Shown here in pieces: positions 1 to 9,390 of a DNA stretch of 64,000 nt (its first letter is position 1; each line of letters starts with the position of its first letter). The DNA comes from an uncultured delta proteobacterium. GTDB taxonomy: Bacteria > Myxococcota > Kuafuiibacteriia > Kuafuiibacteriales > Kuafuiibacteriaceae. The translations under genes and the position numbers were made by a program. The notes under the pieces were generated by a model that was given only the letters and a program-made list of their open reading frames with translations, searched no databases and was not told the DNA's origin. Location: assembly GCA_963803435.1 (NCBI GenBank), contig CAWDML010000008.1, positions 32,001 to 96,000 of the forward strand, given 5' to 3'.

Positions 1-2
1 TG

Positions 3-1259
3 TTCCTCACCGACGCCGAGCTCAACGGTGCCTCGGACGTGCGGCGCTGGATCGACGACGTGCGCGGGCAGCACGTCGGGTTCGCGATGCTCGGGTTCGG
101 CGACGCGCAGCACGTCCGCAAGATCGCGGGCGACTTCGGCGAGCACGTGAGCTCGTACTCGCAGGCGATCCACAAGACCAAGGAGCTGTTCCTTCGCACG
201 GTGATCGCGAACGCGAACAAGTTCAAAGGACAGGTCAAGGGCGCGGCCGACGGCGTGGGTACTCCCGACGGACAGGCGCCGCTCAGCCCTGCGCCCTCCG
301 ACGGGCCGATGGAGCAGGCGCTGTTGCTCTCGACGCCGACCAACATCGCCGGCGATCCGGCGGAGGTGTTCGCGACGCGCGGGCCGAAGCGCGAGCTGGA
401 GAACCTGGTCGATCGCGGCCGGTATGAGCGCGCGGTGAAGGAGCTCGATCGACGCCACCTGGCGGTGTCGAAGAGCGCCAGCTACAAGCAGTGCCTGAAA
501 GAGGTGCGGATGCTGCGCGCCCGGCACGAGCGGGAGGGGACGATCGAGGCGCTCTCCGGCGCGATCCAGCCGACGCTCCCCAAGTCGCGCGGTGTCGAGT
601 GGGAGCGCAAGCAGCTGTCGGGCTCGAGCTTCGACGAACAGCAGCTGATCCTCTACGTGGCAGGTCTGGCGCAGGGCGTGCCGGTGCAGCGGATCTTCAA
701 GCGACGCAAGGGCTCGGACGAGACGAAGGCACACGTGGTACTGGCGCTCGACGAGTCGTCGAGCATGGGTGATACGGAGAAGATGCGCGCCAACCTGGAG
801 GCGTTGATCGCGTACGGTGACGCGCTCAAGGCGACGGACCCGGAGATCAAGATCGCGGTGGTCGGGTACGGCGACAAGGTCCGTCTCCACGCCGGCTTCG
901 AGCAGGACTGGAACGAGGAGCTCAAGGCCCACCTCCTCCACCAGGCCAAGGGCACCTACGACGCGACCGACGACGAGCGGGCCGCGGTCGAGTCCATCGG
1001 GCTGCTGCGGATGATGGACGCCGAGGTCGGCATGGTCCTGAATTTCAGCGATGGCCAAGGCATGCCCGGCATGGAAGGTGTGATGAGGGCTGCAAACGAG
1101 GAAGGGTACGCGTTTCTCACCTGCGGTGTCGGTCCGGACTGCGTCAGCGTCAGCCGCTTCGGCGCCCACGGCTTCTACGCCCGTAACCTCTCGCAGATGG
1201 TTCAGAAGCTGGGGCCGAGGCTGTTCAAGAGCTGGGAGCTGGCGGGGAGGCTGTCGTGA
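3..1259 (+). CDS. Tandem VWA-domain protein (midasin/CobT/NorD-type C-terminal VWA), 5' end outside window
   Basis: Frame open from position 3. FLTDAELNG...VGFAMLGFG looks like the tail of a first VWA. A second VWA has an intact MIDAS (VVLALDESSSM, GTYDATDD, NFSDGQG), preceded by the NorD/midasin-like segment WERKQLSGSSFD...RIFKRR. Confidence 0.8.
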   Translation, partial: FLTDAELNGASDVRRWIDDVRGQHVGFAMLGFGDAQHVRKIAGDFGEHVSSYSQAIHKTKELFLRTVIANANKFKGQVKGAADGVGTPDGQAPLSPAPSDGPMEQALLLSTPTNIAGDPAEVFATRGPKRELENLVDRGRYERAVKELDRRHLAVSKSASYKQCLKEVRMLRARHEREGTIEALSGAIQPTLPKSRGVEWERKQLSGSSFDEQQLILYVAGLAQGVPVQRIFKRRKGSDETKAHVVLALDESSSMGDTEKMRANLEALIAYGDALKATDPEIKIAVVGYGDKVRLHAGFEQDWNEELKAHLLHQAKGTYDATDDERAAVESIGLLRMMDAEVGMVLNFSDGQGMPGMEGVMRAANEEGYAFLTCGVGPDCVSVSRFGAHGFYARNLSQMVQKLGPRLFKSWELAGRLS

Positions 1260-1705
1260 CCCGGCGCTTCTTCAACGGCCTCCAGATCGACGTTCCTGAC
1301 GGCTGGACGGACCTTTCGACCGTAATCATCGCCCCGAAGAAAGACGTAACGGAGGGGCACCGGCCGACGATCAATCTAGTAGTGAAGCGCCGGCCGGCCA
1401 AAGGACGAAGTCGCGACGATACTCTGAACGAATACCTGGCGTTCATGCGGCACAGCTTCGGCGTGCTCGAGGATCTCGAGACCAAGGAGCTGCTGGTCGG
1501 GAGCGTGAAGGCGAGGGCGGTCCGCTTCTCCACGAGCGCCAATGGAAAGCGCTTCCTGCAGATGACGATGCTCTACCAGATCGCAGGCGACGAGGTCTCC
1601 GCCACCGTCACACAGCTCGAAGGCGATCCCACGCCCCTGGACGAGATCGAGGATCTCCTCCAATCCATCCGGCCGGCCGGGCCGGGGATGTTCGGTATCA
1701 AGTGA
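1256..1705 (+). CDS. DUF1795/DcrB (PsbP-like) family protein
   Basis: 149 aa; IDVPDGWTDLSTVII...PTINLVVKR...RFLQMTML pattern is typical of DcrB/Eag-like proteins. GTGA overlap with upstream stop. Confidence 0.7.
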   Translation: MTRRFFNGLQIDVPDGWTDLSTVIIAPKKDVTEGHRPTINLVVKRRPAKGRSRDDTLNEYLAFMRHSFGVLEDLETKELLVGSVKARAVRFSTSANGKRFLQMTMLYQIAGDEVSATVTQLEGDPTPLDEIEDLLQSIRPAGPGMFGIK

Positions 1706-1718
1706 AGGAAGGTTAGTC

Positions 1719-4436
1719 ATGAGCGAAGGAGTCAGACTCGAGCGAAAGCGCGAAGCGCCGGTGGGCCCGGCCGATCACCCGCTGGCGGCCAGCTGCGACG
1801 CGGGTTGTGAGACGAAGAGCCTGACGCTGGCCGACGCCTTCGAGGCGGCCAAGGCGACGCTCGGCGACAAGGAGCAGACGCAGGCGCACCTCAACCGGAT
1901 CAAGGAGAGCCCGGTCTTCGATCTGGTGATGCGCGCGAAGGACAACCACGTCCCCGAGGGGCAGATGGTGCAGCCCGAGCACGTGCTCCTCCAGCTGATG
2001 CAGGATCGCGGGCTGCCGCTGGGCAAGGATCGCGAGCGACAGCTCGAGAAGTGGGCCGACGAGCACGCGGCCGACGGCGCCGGCTTCTCGCCGCGCACGC
2101 GGCTGGCGCTGGTGAGCGCCAGCCTGATCGCCGGCGATCGCCCGGTCACGCTGGCGGACCTCGAGCGCGTGTTCGCCGAGGGTGGGGGCAAGGAGAGCGA
2201 GCTGCTCAACCAGTCGCTCGCGGAGGAGAAGCGCGAGCGGATCGTGAGCGGGAAACCGCTCGACGGCGCCGGCGAGGTGGGAGACCTCAAGAAGCTCGAC
2301 CTGCCCACGATCAACTCGTTGACCGAGGACCTGGTGTCGATGGCGAAGGAGGGTCTGCTCGATCAGGTCTCGGGTCGCGCCAAGGACATCGAGAAGGTGG
2401 CGCGCATCCTGTCGCAGCGGCAGCTGTCGAGCGTGACGCTCACGGGCGACCAGGGCGTGGGCAAGACGGCCGTTCCCGAGGGCCTCGCGGTGATGATCGC
2501 CAACGGAGAGGCGCCGGCCGGGCTCGAGAATGCGCGCATCATGAAGCTGCACATCTCCAGGCTGGCGAAGAAGTGCAACTGTCCCAACGGGCCCAGCCCC
2601 GAGGACGTGATCCGCGATCTGGCGGCCGAGGTGGCGCAGGCCAGCCGCCTCGATCCTCCGGTGAAGATCGTGTTCTTCATCGACGAGATCGGGAAGAAGC
2701 TGCTCCTCGATCCGGGCGCGAACCTGATCGCGCAGAACATGAAGGACTTCCTGGCGCGCGGTCAGCTGCAGGTGATCGGCGCGTGCACCACCGATGAGTA
2801 CCGCCAATCGGTGCGGCAGGACCCGGCGCTGCAGAACCGACTGCAGCCGCACGAGCTCAAGGAGCCCTCGCCGAAGGACGCGGTGAACATGCTCCTCACC
2901 AACATGGAGCGCTACGCGACGTTCCACGGCGTGGAGTACGACGCGGGCGCTGCCCAGGCCGCCGTCGACATGGCCGTGGGCGTGGGGCGCCGCGAGGATA
3001 TGCGGCTGCCCCGCTCGGCGATCTACTGGCTCGACGCGGCCGGCGCCGCCGTGAAGCTTCAGATCGAGGGCGATCCGCCACAGCTGCGGGTGCTGCGGAG
3101 TCAGATCCGAGACACCGACGTCGCGCTGCGGTCGGCCGTGGGCGACACCGACGAGGCCAAGCGCCTGCGCGAGGTGTTGACGGCCTCGCTCGAGGCTCAG
3201 ATGGCGGAGTTCGAGCGCCTCGAGCCGCTGGTGCGCCACGAGCGCTCGTTGCTCAAGGAGCTGCGGACGCTCGGCGATCAGCTCAAGACCGAGACCGACA
3301 GCGAGGAGCGGAGCCCCGAAAGGCTCCAGGATCTCAGCGAAAAGACGAAGGAGAAGCAGCGCGAGCTGGAGCGGCTGCCCGAGCGGTTCTTCAGCACACG
3401 GGTCGATCCGTTTGCGATCTACAAGGAGGTCGCGGTCGATCTCGACATGGAGGTGGAGCGGGTCAAGCCCATCGCCAAGGACGCGCCGTTCGATCCGCAG
3501 AGCGTGCTGCTCACCCGCGTGTTCGGGCAGGACGACGCGGTCGCCTCGGTGTCGCGCCGGCTCAAGCTCGACCGCGCCAAGCTGCGCGATCCGAACAAGC
3601 CGGTCGGCGCCCACTTCTTCGCAGGGCCGTCGGGCGTCGGCAAGACCGAGCTTGCGAAGGCGCTGGCCGACGACTTCTACAACGGCTCGTTCGAGATGAT
3701 CCCGTGCAACCGGCTCCAAGAGCGGCACGAGCTCGCGATCCTCAAGGGAGCGCCTCCCGGATACGTGGGATACGGCGAGACGATCGATCTGGCCGAGACC
3801 ATCCGCAAGCTCAACGCGAAGGGTGGCGGTGTGCTCCTGCTCGACGAGATCGAGAAGGCGCATCCCGACATCTTCCCGCTGATCATGCAGATCATCGACG
3901 AGGGCTTCTTCATCGACAACCAGGGCAAGAAGGTCGACTGCTCGCGCATCCACCTGGTGATGACGAGTAACCTCGGCAACGACAGCTTCGCGAAGTATGC
4001 GGGCGATGGCGAGTACACCAACCCGGGACAGGTCCAGAACGACTTCGACGTCGAGCTCAACCAGCGCATCCCTCCGGAGGTCATCGGTCGGATCCTCGAG
4101 ATCGGATCGCTGGACGTGTTCCTCCCGCTCGCTCAGAAGACGCGACTCAAGATCGTGAAGAGCCAGGTCGAGCGGATCGCATCGTTCGGCGGAGACGCGC
4201 GCGGCATGTCGATCACCGCCAGCGATCCGGCGATCGAGCGCCTCGCGAAGGAAGGCTTTCATCCCAAGTTCGGCGGGCGTGCGCTCAAGCAGGCGATCGC
4301 GGCGTCGGTCACCGATCCCCTCGCGGACAAGGTCCTCAGCGGCGAGATCCCCGACGGCTCCCAGATCACGGTGGTGCTCAAGGGAGGCAAGTTCGAGTTC
4401 GATCACGAGCCGACACCGGTGAGGCGCGGAAAGTAG
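1719..4436 (+). CDS. Atypical ClpB/ClpV-like Hsp100 AAA+ ATPase (two AAA+ modules, coiled-coil middle domain)
   Basis: D1: GDQGVGKT and IVFFIDEI. D2: GPSGVGKTELAKALA, GAPPGYVGY, LLLDEIEKAHPD, VMTSNLG, FGGRALK. RBS-like GAAGGAAGG upstream. Confidence 0.9.
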   Translation: MSEGVRLERKREAPVGPADHPLAASCDAGCETKSLTLADAFEAAKATLGDKEQTQAHLNRIKESPVFDLVMRAKDNHVPEGQMVQPEHVLLQLMQDRGLPLGKDRERQLEKWADEHAADGAGFSPRTRLALVSASLIAGDRPVTLADLERVFAEGGGKESELLNQSLAEEKRERIVSGKPLDGAGEVGDLKKLDLPTINSLTEDLVSMAKEGLLDQVSGRAKDIEKVARILSQRQLSSVTLTGDQGVGKTAVPEGLAVMIANGEAPAGLENARIMKLHISRLAKKCNCPNGPSPEDVIRDLAAEVAQASRLDPPVKIVFFIDEIGKKLLLDPGANLIAQNMKDFLARGQLQVIGACTTDEYRQSVRQDPALQNRLQPHELKEPSPKDAVNMLLTNMERYATFHGVEYDAGAAQAAVDMAVGVGRREDMRLPRSAIYWLDAAGAAVKLQIEGDPPQLRVLRSQIRDTDVALRSAVGDTDEAKRLREVLTASLEAQMAEFERLEPLVRHERSLLKELRTLGDQLKTETDSEERSPERLQDLSEKTKEKQRELERLPERFFSTRVDPFAIYKEVAVDLDMEVERVKPIAKDAPFDPQSVLLTRVFGQDDAVASVSRRLKLDRAKLRDPNKPVGAHFFAGPSGVGKTELAKALADDFYNGSFEMIPCNRLQERHELAILKGAPPGYVGYGETIDLAETIRKLNAKGGGVLLLDEIEKAHPDIFPLIMQIIDEGFFIDNQGKKVDCSRIHLVMTSNLGNDSFAKYAGDGEYTNPGQVQNDFDVELNQRIPPEVIGRILEIGSLDVFLPLAQKTRLKIVKSQVERIASFGGDARGMSITASDPAIERLAKEGFHPKFGGRALKQAIAASVTDPLADKVLSGEIPDGSQITVVLKGGKFEFDHEPTPVRRGK

Positions 4437-4440
4437 AGAG

Positions 4441-5967
4441 ATGCTCGATCGGCTCCAGACCCGCGGACCATTCGAGGTCTTCCACGGTCGCACCCTCGAG
4501 GTGGCGATCGCCGAGACCTCCTCGAAGTTTCCGGAGGAGCTCCAGAAGAACAAGGCCGCGCTCGGCTGTCACGAGAGGATCGCGCTCGGATTGAAGGGCG
4601 CCGCCGAGCGGGGTGGGAAGCCGCAACTGCGCTTGCGCATCCCGATGGAGGACGGCGGGGAGCTCCTGGTGATCCAGGTGGGGCGCCAGCTCCTCCCGAT
4701 GACGGTGCGGCGCCTCGACTGGGACAACACGGCGATCGAGCTCTTTCCGCCGGCGTCGGCCGGGGAGCTCGATCTCGAGGCCGGGAAGAAGTCGGGCGTG
4801 AGCGGCCTCTACGGGAAGAAGTCGGACAAGCTCGATCGGATGGCGGTGGTCCGCGGCCAGGGACCCGCGACGCACCTGGTGATCAAGGGCGCGGATCCGA
4901 TCTCGACGCTCCCGTACGCCTGGGCGCTCTATGAGGTGGCCGCCTCGCTGATCCGCCGGGCGGTCGCGGAGGTGCCGGCGAAGGACCGCGCGCACGAGGT
5001 CGACGTCCCGCGCCAAGCCAGGAAGACGTCCGACGCGCTGCTCATCGAGGCGCTGCTGGGCGGCCGCTGGGACGGATGTCGTCCGTCGAGCGGCCCGGCG
5101 CTGGCGCACGAGCTCCTGGGCGCCTTTTCGTATCGCGGGCGGACCGTGGCGGTGACCAGCACGAAGGGCGCGGGCGAAGGCATTCGCGTCTGGGTGGAGG
5201 CGGCCAAGGACGACTGGCGCCTGCTGCCCGCACCGAAGGACAAGTCCTGGCCGGAGGACGGGGCCACCCCGGTGCTCGCGGGCGATCAGCTGCACCTCTT
5301 CGGCGGGATCCGCGACGGCAAGGTGCTCGAGAGCCACTTCGCGATCGACCTCAGCCAGATCGACGATCCCGATCCCGGTATGTTCAGGAAGCTCGGAGAT
5401 CTCGGCACGCCGGTGGCCTGGGCGGCGGCGATCTTCGAAGGACGCGACGCCTTCATCGGCGGCGGCGTCGCCGGGTACATGGTCAAGGCGGGGGACAAGC
5501 GCGAGCGCGAGCGCATCATGCGGCAGGGCTTCGCTCTGCTCGGCAACAGGGGGCTCCGCGATCGCGCGCCCGCGCCCGGCGATCTCACCCGTAGCGCCGC
5601 GCTCGCGCACGGCGGCTGCCTGTTCTTCGCCCCCGGCATCGCCAGGGACGGCAAGGTGCGCTTGTACGACAACACGCAGGACGGCGCCTGGCTGACGCTG
5701 CCGAAGCTCCCCCTCGACGTCGGCCTGGGACAGCTGTTCATCGTCGATCGCACCCTGTACTACGCCGGCGGCTTTACCGCCGACGGTCCGTCGAGCGCGA
5801 TCTTCTCCGTCGATCTCGGCCAGCCGAACCCTGCGTGGGTCGACGCGGGCAGCTCGCCTTACTGCGCCGGGCTGGCGCGTCTCCTCGAGCGGAATGGCCA
5901 GCTCCAGTCGCTCATGGTGCGACCGGACGCGAGCAAGTGCTTCACGATCGCGGCGGGGGAGCGTTGA
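4441..5967 (+). CDS. Kelch-repeat beta-propeller protein with unknown N-terminal domain
   Basis: Kelch-like blades GDQLHLFGG, GRDAFIGGG, GGCLFFAPG, DRTLYYAGG, with W...P.LP spacers. Confidence 0.7.
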   Translation: MLDRLQTRGPFEVFHGRTLEVAIAETSSKFPEELQKNKAALGCHERIALGLKGAAERGGKPQLRLRIPMEDGGELLVIQVGRQLLPMTVRRLDWDNTAIELFPPASAGELDLEAGKKSGVSGLYGKKSDKLDRMAVVRGQGPATHLVIKGADPISTLPYAWALYEVAASLIRRAVAEVPAKDRAHEVDVPRQARKTSDALLIEALLGGRWDGCRPSSGPALAHELLGAFSYRGRTVAVTSTKGAGEGIRVWVEAAKDDWRLLPAPKDKSWPEDGATPVLAGDQLHLFGGIRDGKVLESHFAIDLSQIDDPDPGMFRKLGDLGTPVAWAAAIFEGRDAFIGGGVAGYMVKAGDKRERERIMRQGFALLGNRGLRDRAPAPGDLTRSAALAHGGCLFFAPGIARDGKVRLYDNTQDGAWLTLPKLPLDVGLGQLFIVDRTLYYAGGFTADGPSSAIFSVDLGQPNPAWVDAGSSPYCAGLARLLERNGQLQSLMVRPDASKCFTIAAGER

Positions 5968-6401
5968 TGCTGAGCTTCGCCGACGAGCTGAAGGATCGGG
6001 TCGTGAGGCTCCTCGACGACGTCGAGGCCCTGCACCTGGTCGCGGCCGTCGGCTTTCTGGCGGACGACCCGGAGCTCTATGCGCAGAACCGGAGCGAGCT
6101 GGCGCGTGGGCCGTGGCGCTACCTCGAGCTGACCGACGACGAGGCGGCCGCGCGCGGTTTGCTCGAAGAGGGCTGGAACGAGCCCAGGCTGGTGATCCTC
6201 TCCCCGGACAAGCGCCCACGCGCGCTGCTTGAGCTGGTGCGCGCCTTCGTCGATCGCCGGGACCAGGTCGACCTGGGTGACTTCGTCAAGCGCACGCGCA
6301 GCCGCGCTCAGAGCCTGGTGCTCCTGGTGAACGGCGCGCCCCAGAGCGAGCGGATTCCACCCGAGCTTCGCCACGTTCCCTGCTGGGAGTTTGTGGCATG
6401 A
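5967..6401 (+). CDS. Hypothetical protein (144 aa)
   Basis: ATG overlaps the upstream TGA (TGATG) and its stop overlaps the next ATG (ATGA). Starts MLSFADELKDRVVRLL. Confidence 0.65.
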   Translation: MLSFADELKDRVVRLLDDVEALHLVAAVGFLADDPELYAQNRSELARGPWRYLELTDDEAAARGLLEEGWNEPRLVILSPDKRPRALLELVRAFVDRRDQVDLGDFVKRTRSRAQSLVLLVNGAPQSERIPPELRHVPCWEFVA

Positions 6402-9370
6402 GCGGCCGAACGCACCTCGGGCCGCGGTTCGTCGCCGAGCTGAAGCGGCGCGCCCTCCATCCGGACGCGGACATCCACCTCTTGATGGAGCAGTTCCGGA
6501 GCGACGTCGGTGCGCGCGTCCTGTACTCCGAGGGCGACGGTGAGCTCTCGATCCTCATCCCGCACCACGACGACGGCTTCGACCCGCCGAAGCGTCTCGA
6601 GCTGGCGCTGCAGCGCGATCTGACGGATGTCCTCGCCTCGGTCCCCAAGGAGGGCATCGTCGAGATCGCCGGCGAGAAGTTCAGCCGGTACGTGGTCGAA
6701 CCGCTGCGCCTCAAGAAGCGCGCTCACGGCGACACGGGCATCGGGATTCGGGGTGACGGATGGTCGCCCCTCGGCTTCGGCGGCTGGTTCTTCGAAGACC
6801 TGCGGCTCATGGTCGATCTGGCGACGCGCGAGGACGGATTCGAGATCCGTCCCGACGTCGAGATCGATCCCCGGGATCCGAGGTGGGTCCGCCTTGCGCC
6901 GGGTCAGAGGGCGGCGCTCGAGGACGCGCTCGGCCGCGTGGTTCCCGAGGTCATCCACGTCTCCGCGCTGGAGGAGGCGCTCGAGAAGGCCGACTCGCAG
7001 AACGGCGCGCTCTCCACGGCGCTGGCGGGGCTCGATCTCTCGCTGTCGCCGGCGGAGGCCTCGGAGGAGGTGGGGAGCGGCGCGCTCGGGGCCGTCCGTC
7101 CGATCCTCGAGGGGCTCTACGGAGAGGGCGCGCTCGATCAGGACCGGCCGTTCACCAAGGCCATCCTGACGCTCGCCGAGGATATTCTCCTCGATCGCGG
7201 GAGAGACGGCGATGCTGCCGCGATCCGTCTCGCGATCAGGGGTGAGGCCGTCAGCTCCGAGGCTGTCGTCTCGGCCGTGGGCCGCGCGCTCGGTGTGAGC
7301 TTCGCGAAGAGCCGGCAGGTGAGCATCGGGCTCCTCGATCGGACCATCGATCGCCAGGGCAAGGCGCTCGGCTTCGAGGCCGTGGAGAAGCTGCGGGATC
7401 TGCGGGCCGAGCTCGACCATCAGGCGCAGGTCGAGCTGCTCGGCGAGAACCTCGCGGATCGCACGGTCTCGACGCGCACCGCCGACAACGAGCTGCGGAC
7501 GCTCGCGAAGCACCTCAAGGGGCGGACGGGTGTCCCGGACAGCTTCGTCTTCGCGCTGGCTTCGCGCGTGCAGTCAGCCGTCAACGCGCCGAAGAAGCGA
7601 CCGCACGTGATCATCCTGGCCGGCCCGAGAGGTCCCGGCGTGGAGTCGGTGCTGGAGCGTGCGCTCGCCACCGTGCGCGGGCCGAAGTCGGATCGAGCGA
7701 CGCTCGCGATCCACGGCGACGAGCTCCGGCTGGACGATCCGGTCGGCTACTTGGTCGGGTCGCCGGCGGGGGAGGCGGGGGCGGCAAAGGGCCGTCTGAT
7801 CCAGGACGGACCCCGGTTGGGTGAGCGCCTGGTGGGGCGGATCGACGGGCTCGAGAAGATCGCCGCCAACATCGCCGACCCGGAGGCGCGCCAGCGCTCC
7901 GAGCGCGCATTCTGGGGATTCGTGGGTCAGATCGAGCAGGACGGCTGGTATCGCGGCTACGACCCCGACGTGCCCGAAGCGGCGGGCGGCGCGCGGATCG
8001 ATCTGGGCGGCGGGCTGCTGGTGCTCACCACGTCGCTCTCGGCGAAAGCGCTCGCGGAGCGGGTACCCGAGGACGTCTGGAATCAGCTCGCCCCTCACGT
8101 GATCGAGGCGGAGAAGAGCGACGCCGGTGCGATCTCGGTGGAGATCGCGGATGCCATCCGAGCCGCGGTCGTCGAGGCTGGCGGCTATCAGGACGCCGCC
8201 GTCGAGATGGGCGATCGGGCTCGCGCCATGATCCGCGATCTTCTGGACGCGGGAATGAAGCCCGACGCGCTTTCGCGGACGATGATCGATTTTCTCGTCG
8301 ATCGGGTGGCGTACGGTGCGCTCGAAGGCTCCCTCTCACCGAAGCTCCGGGTCGATCTGCACCGCGGCCTCACCTCGAGCGAGCGCGGGGAGGTGGTGAA
8401 GGGATGGAGCGCCGGTCGCTTCCCCTCGCTCGCCGGGATCGGCGGCTGCCCCTTCGTGCTGTACGACGAGGGTCGCTTCGAGGGCGCCGCGGCGCGCCCG
8501 TTCTCCGCGAAGATCATCAAGGAGGAGGCCGTCGAGCGAAAGGAGCTGGAGCGGCTCCGTGCGCTGGTCGCCGAATATCAGGTAGCGATGGCCGCCGGCG
8601 ATCGCGACAAGGCGGCGCTCCTCCTCGAGAATGGTCGGCTGGCCGAGTGGGTCGCCTCCGCCGAGGCACGCATCGACGAGAGCGCGTATCTCAATACGCT
8701 GCTCCGCGCGGAGAAGAAGGACCTCGAGCATCTCAACAAGATCGCAGAGGCGACGATCGCGGGGCTCCAGACGGATCTGGCCGCAGCCAACAGTCGTATC
8801 GACGCTCTCAACGCCGATCTGGCCCAGGCCAAGTCGGCGGCGAAGGCGATCAAATCGCAGCTCGACGTCGCGGTGGCGGAGCGAGATCAGATCCTGCGCG
8901 CGCTGCGGGCCACTGAGGCGCAGTTCGAGCAGGCGGTCCGGAGCGTAGGTGACGGCGCGGCGGGCCGCGACCCAAACGACGTCTTCAAGCAGATCATCGC
9001 GAACACCGCCGCGGGCGGGAGCGCGGGTCGCTACCAGCGTCCGATGCTGGAGCAGATGCACCTGGTCGCGACCTCGCAGGCGCTCGAGCGTGCGGGCCGG
9101 ATGGCGCACGACTTCAACAAGTGGCGGGAGATCTCGGAGATGGCAAGGAACTACGTGGCGTCGAGCAACGCGCTCGGCGTGCCGGTGGATCGACGTGTCA
9201 TGGAAGGGTTCGAGCGGGCGGCCCGTCTCTCGGGCAACGGCTGGGAGCGCAACCTCAACGACGCCTGGCAGCGCGACGTCGGGATCCCCACCACGGGCGT
9301 CGGTCGCGACCCGAACGTCGTCGGCCATCTCTTGCGGCAGCTGGCGCGGCTCGGTCGCGTGCGTTTGTGA
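6398..9370 (+). CDS. Unknown N-domain + degenerate (inactive) Clp-D2-like AAA+ module + coiled coil
   Basis: VIILAGPRGPGVE (Walker A without GKT), YLVGSPAG, RIDGLEK, RIDLGGGLLVLTTS. Long heptad coiled coil in the C-terminal third. Confidence 0.7.
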   Translation: MSGRTHLGPRFVAELKRRALHPDADIHLLMEQFRSDVGARVLYSEGDGELSILIPHHDDGFDPPKRLELALQRDLTDVLASVPKEGIVEIAGEKFSRYVVEPLRLKKRAHGDTGIGIRGDGWSPLGFGGWFFEDLRLMVDLATREDGFEIRPDVEIDPRDPRWVRLAPGQRAALEDALGRVVPEVIHVSALEEALEKADSQNGALSTALAGLDLSLSPAEASEEVGSGALGAVRPILEGLYGEGALDQDRPFTKAILTLAEDILLDRGRDGDAAAIRLAIRGEAVSSEAVVSAVGRALGVSFAKSRQVSIGLLDRTIDRQGKALGFEAVEKLRDLRAELDHQAQVELLGENLADRTVSTRTADNELRTLAKHLKGRTGVPDSFVFALASRVQSAVNAPKKRPHVIILAGPRGPGVESVLERALATVRGPKSDRATLAIHGDELRLDDPVGYLVGSPAGEAGAAKGRLIQDGPRLGERLVGRIDGLEKIAANIADPEARQRSERAFWGFVGQIEQDGWYRGYDPDVPEAAGGARIDLGGGLLVLTTSLSAKALAERVPEDVWNQLAPHVIEAEKSDAGAISVEIADAIRAAVVEAGGYQDAAVEMGDRARAMIRDLLDAGMKPDALSRTMIDFLVDRVAYGALEGSLSPKLRVDLHRGLTSSERGEVVKGWSAGRFPSLAGIGGCPFVLYDEGRFEGAAARPFSAKIIKEEAVERKELERLRALVAEYQVAMAAGDRDKAALLLENGRLAEWVASAEARIDESAYLNTLLRAEKKDLEHLNKIAEATIAGLQTDLAAANSRIDALNADLAQAKSAAKAIKSQLDVAVAERDQILRALRATEAQFEQAVRSVGDGAAGRDPNDVFKQIIANTAAGGSAGRYQRPMLEQMHLVATSQALERAGRMAHDFNKWREISEMARNYVASSNALGVPVDRRVMEGFERAARLSGNGWERNLNDAWQRDVGIPTTGVGRDPNVVGHLLRQLARLGRVRL

Positions 9371-9390
9371 AGGTTTGAAGGAGCAGGGTC

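Noticed and set aside
1719-4436. Calling the ATPase clpB or clpV (tssH) and the operon a T6SS
   Set aside because: Pore loop and N-domain are divergent, and no TssB/C, Hcp, VgrG or baseplate genes are in the window.
1713-4553. 946-aa minus-strand ORF and similar long antisense ORFs (9427-11589, 30133-33522, 33591-35111)
   Set aside because: Shadow ORFs opposite well-supported genes, expected in high-GC DNA; no motifs.
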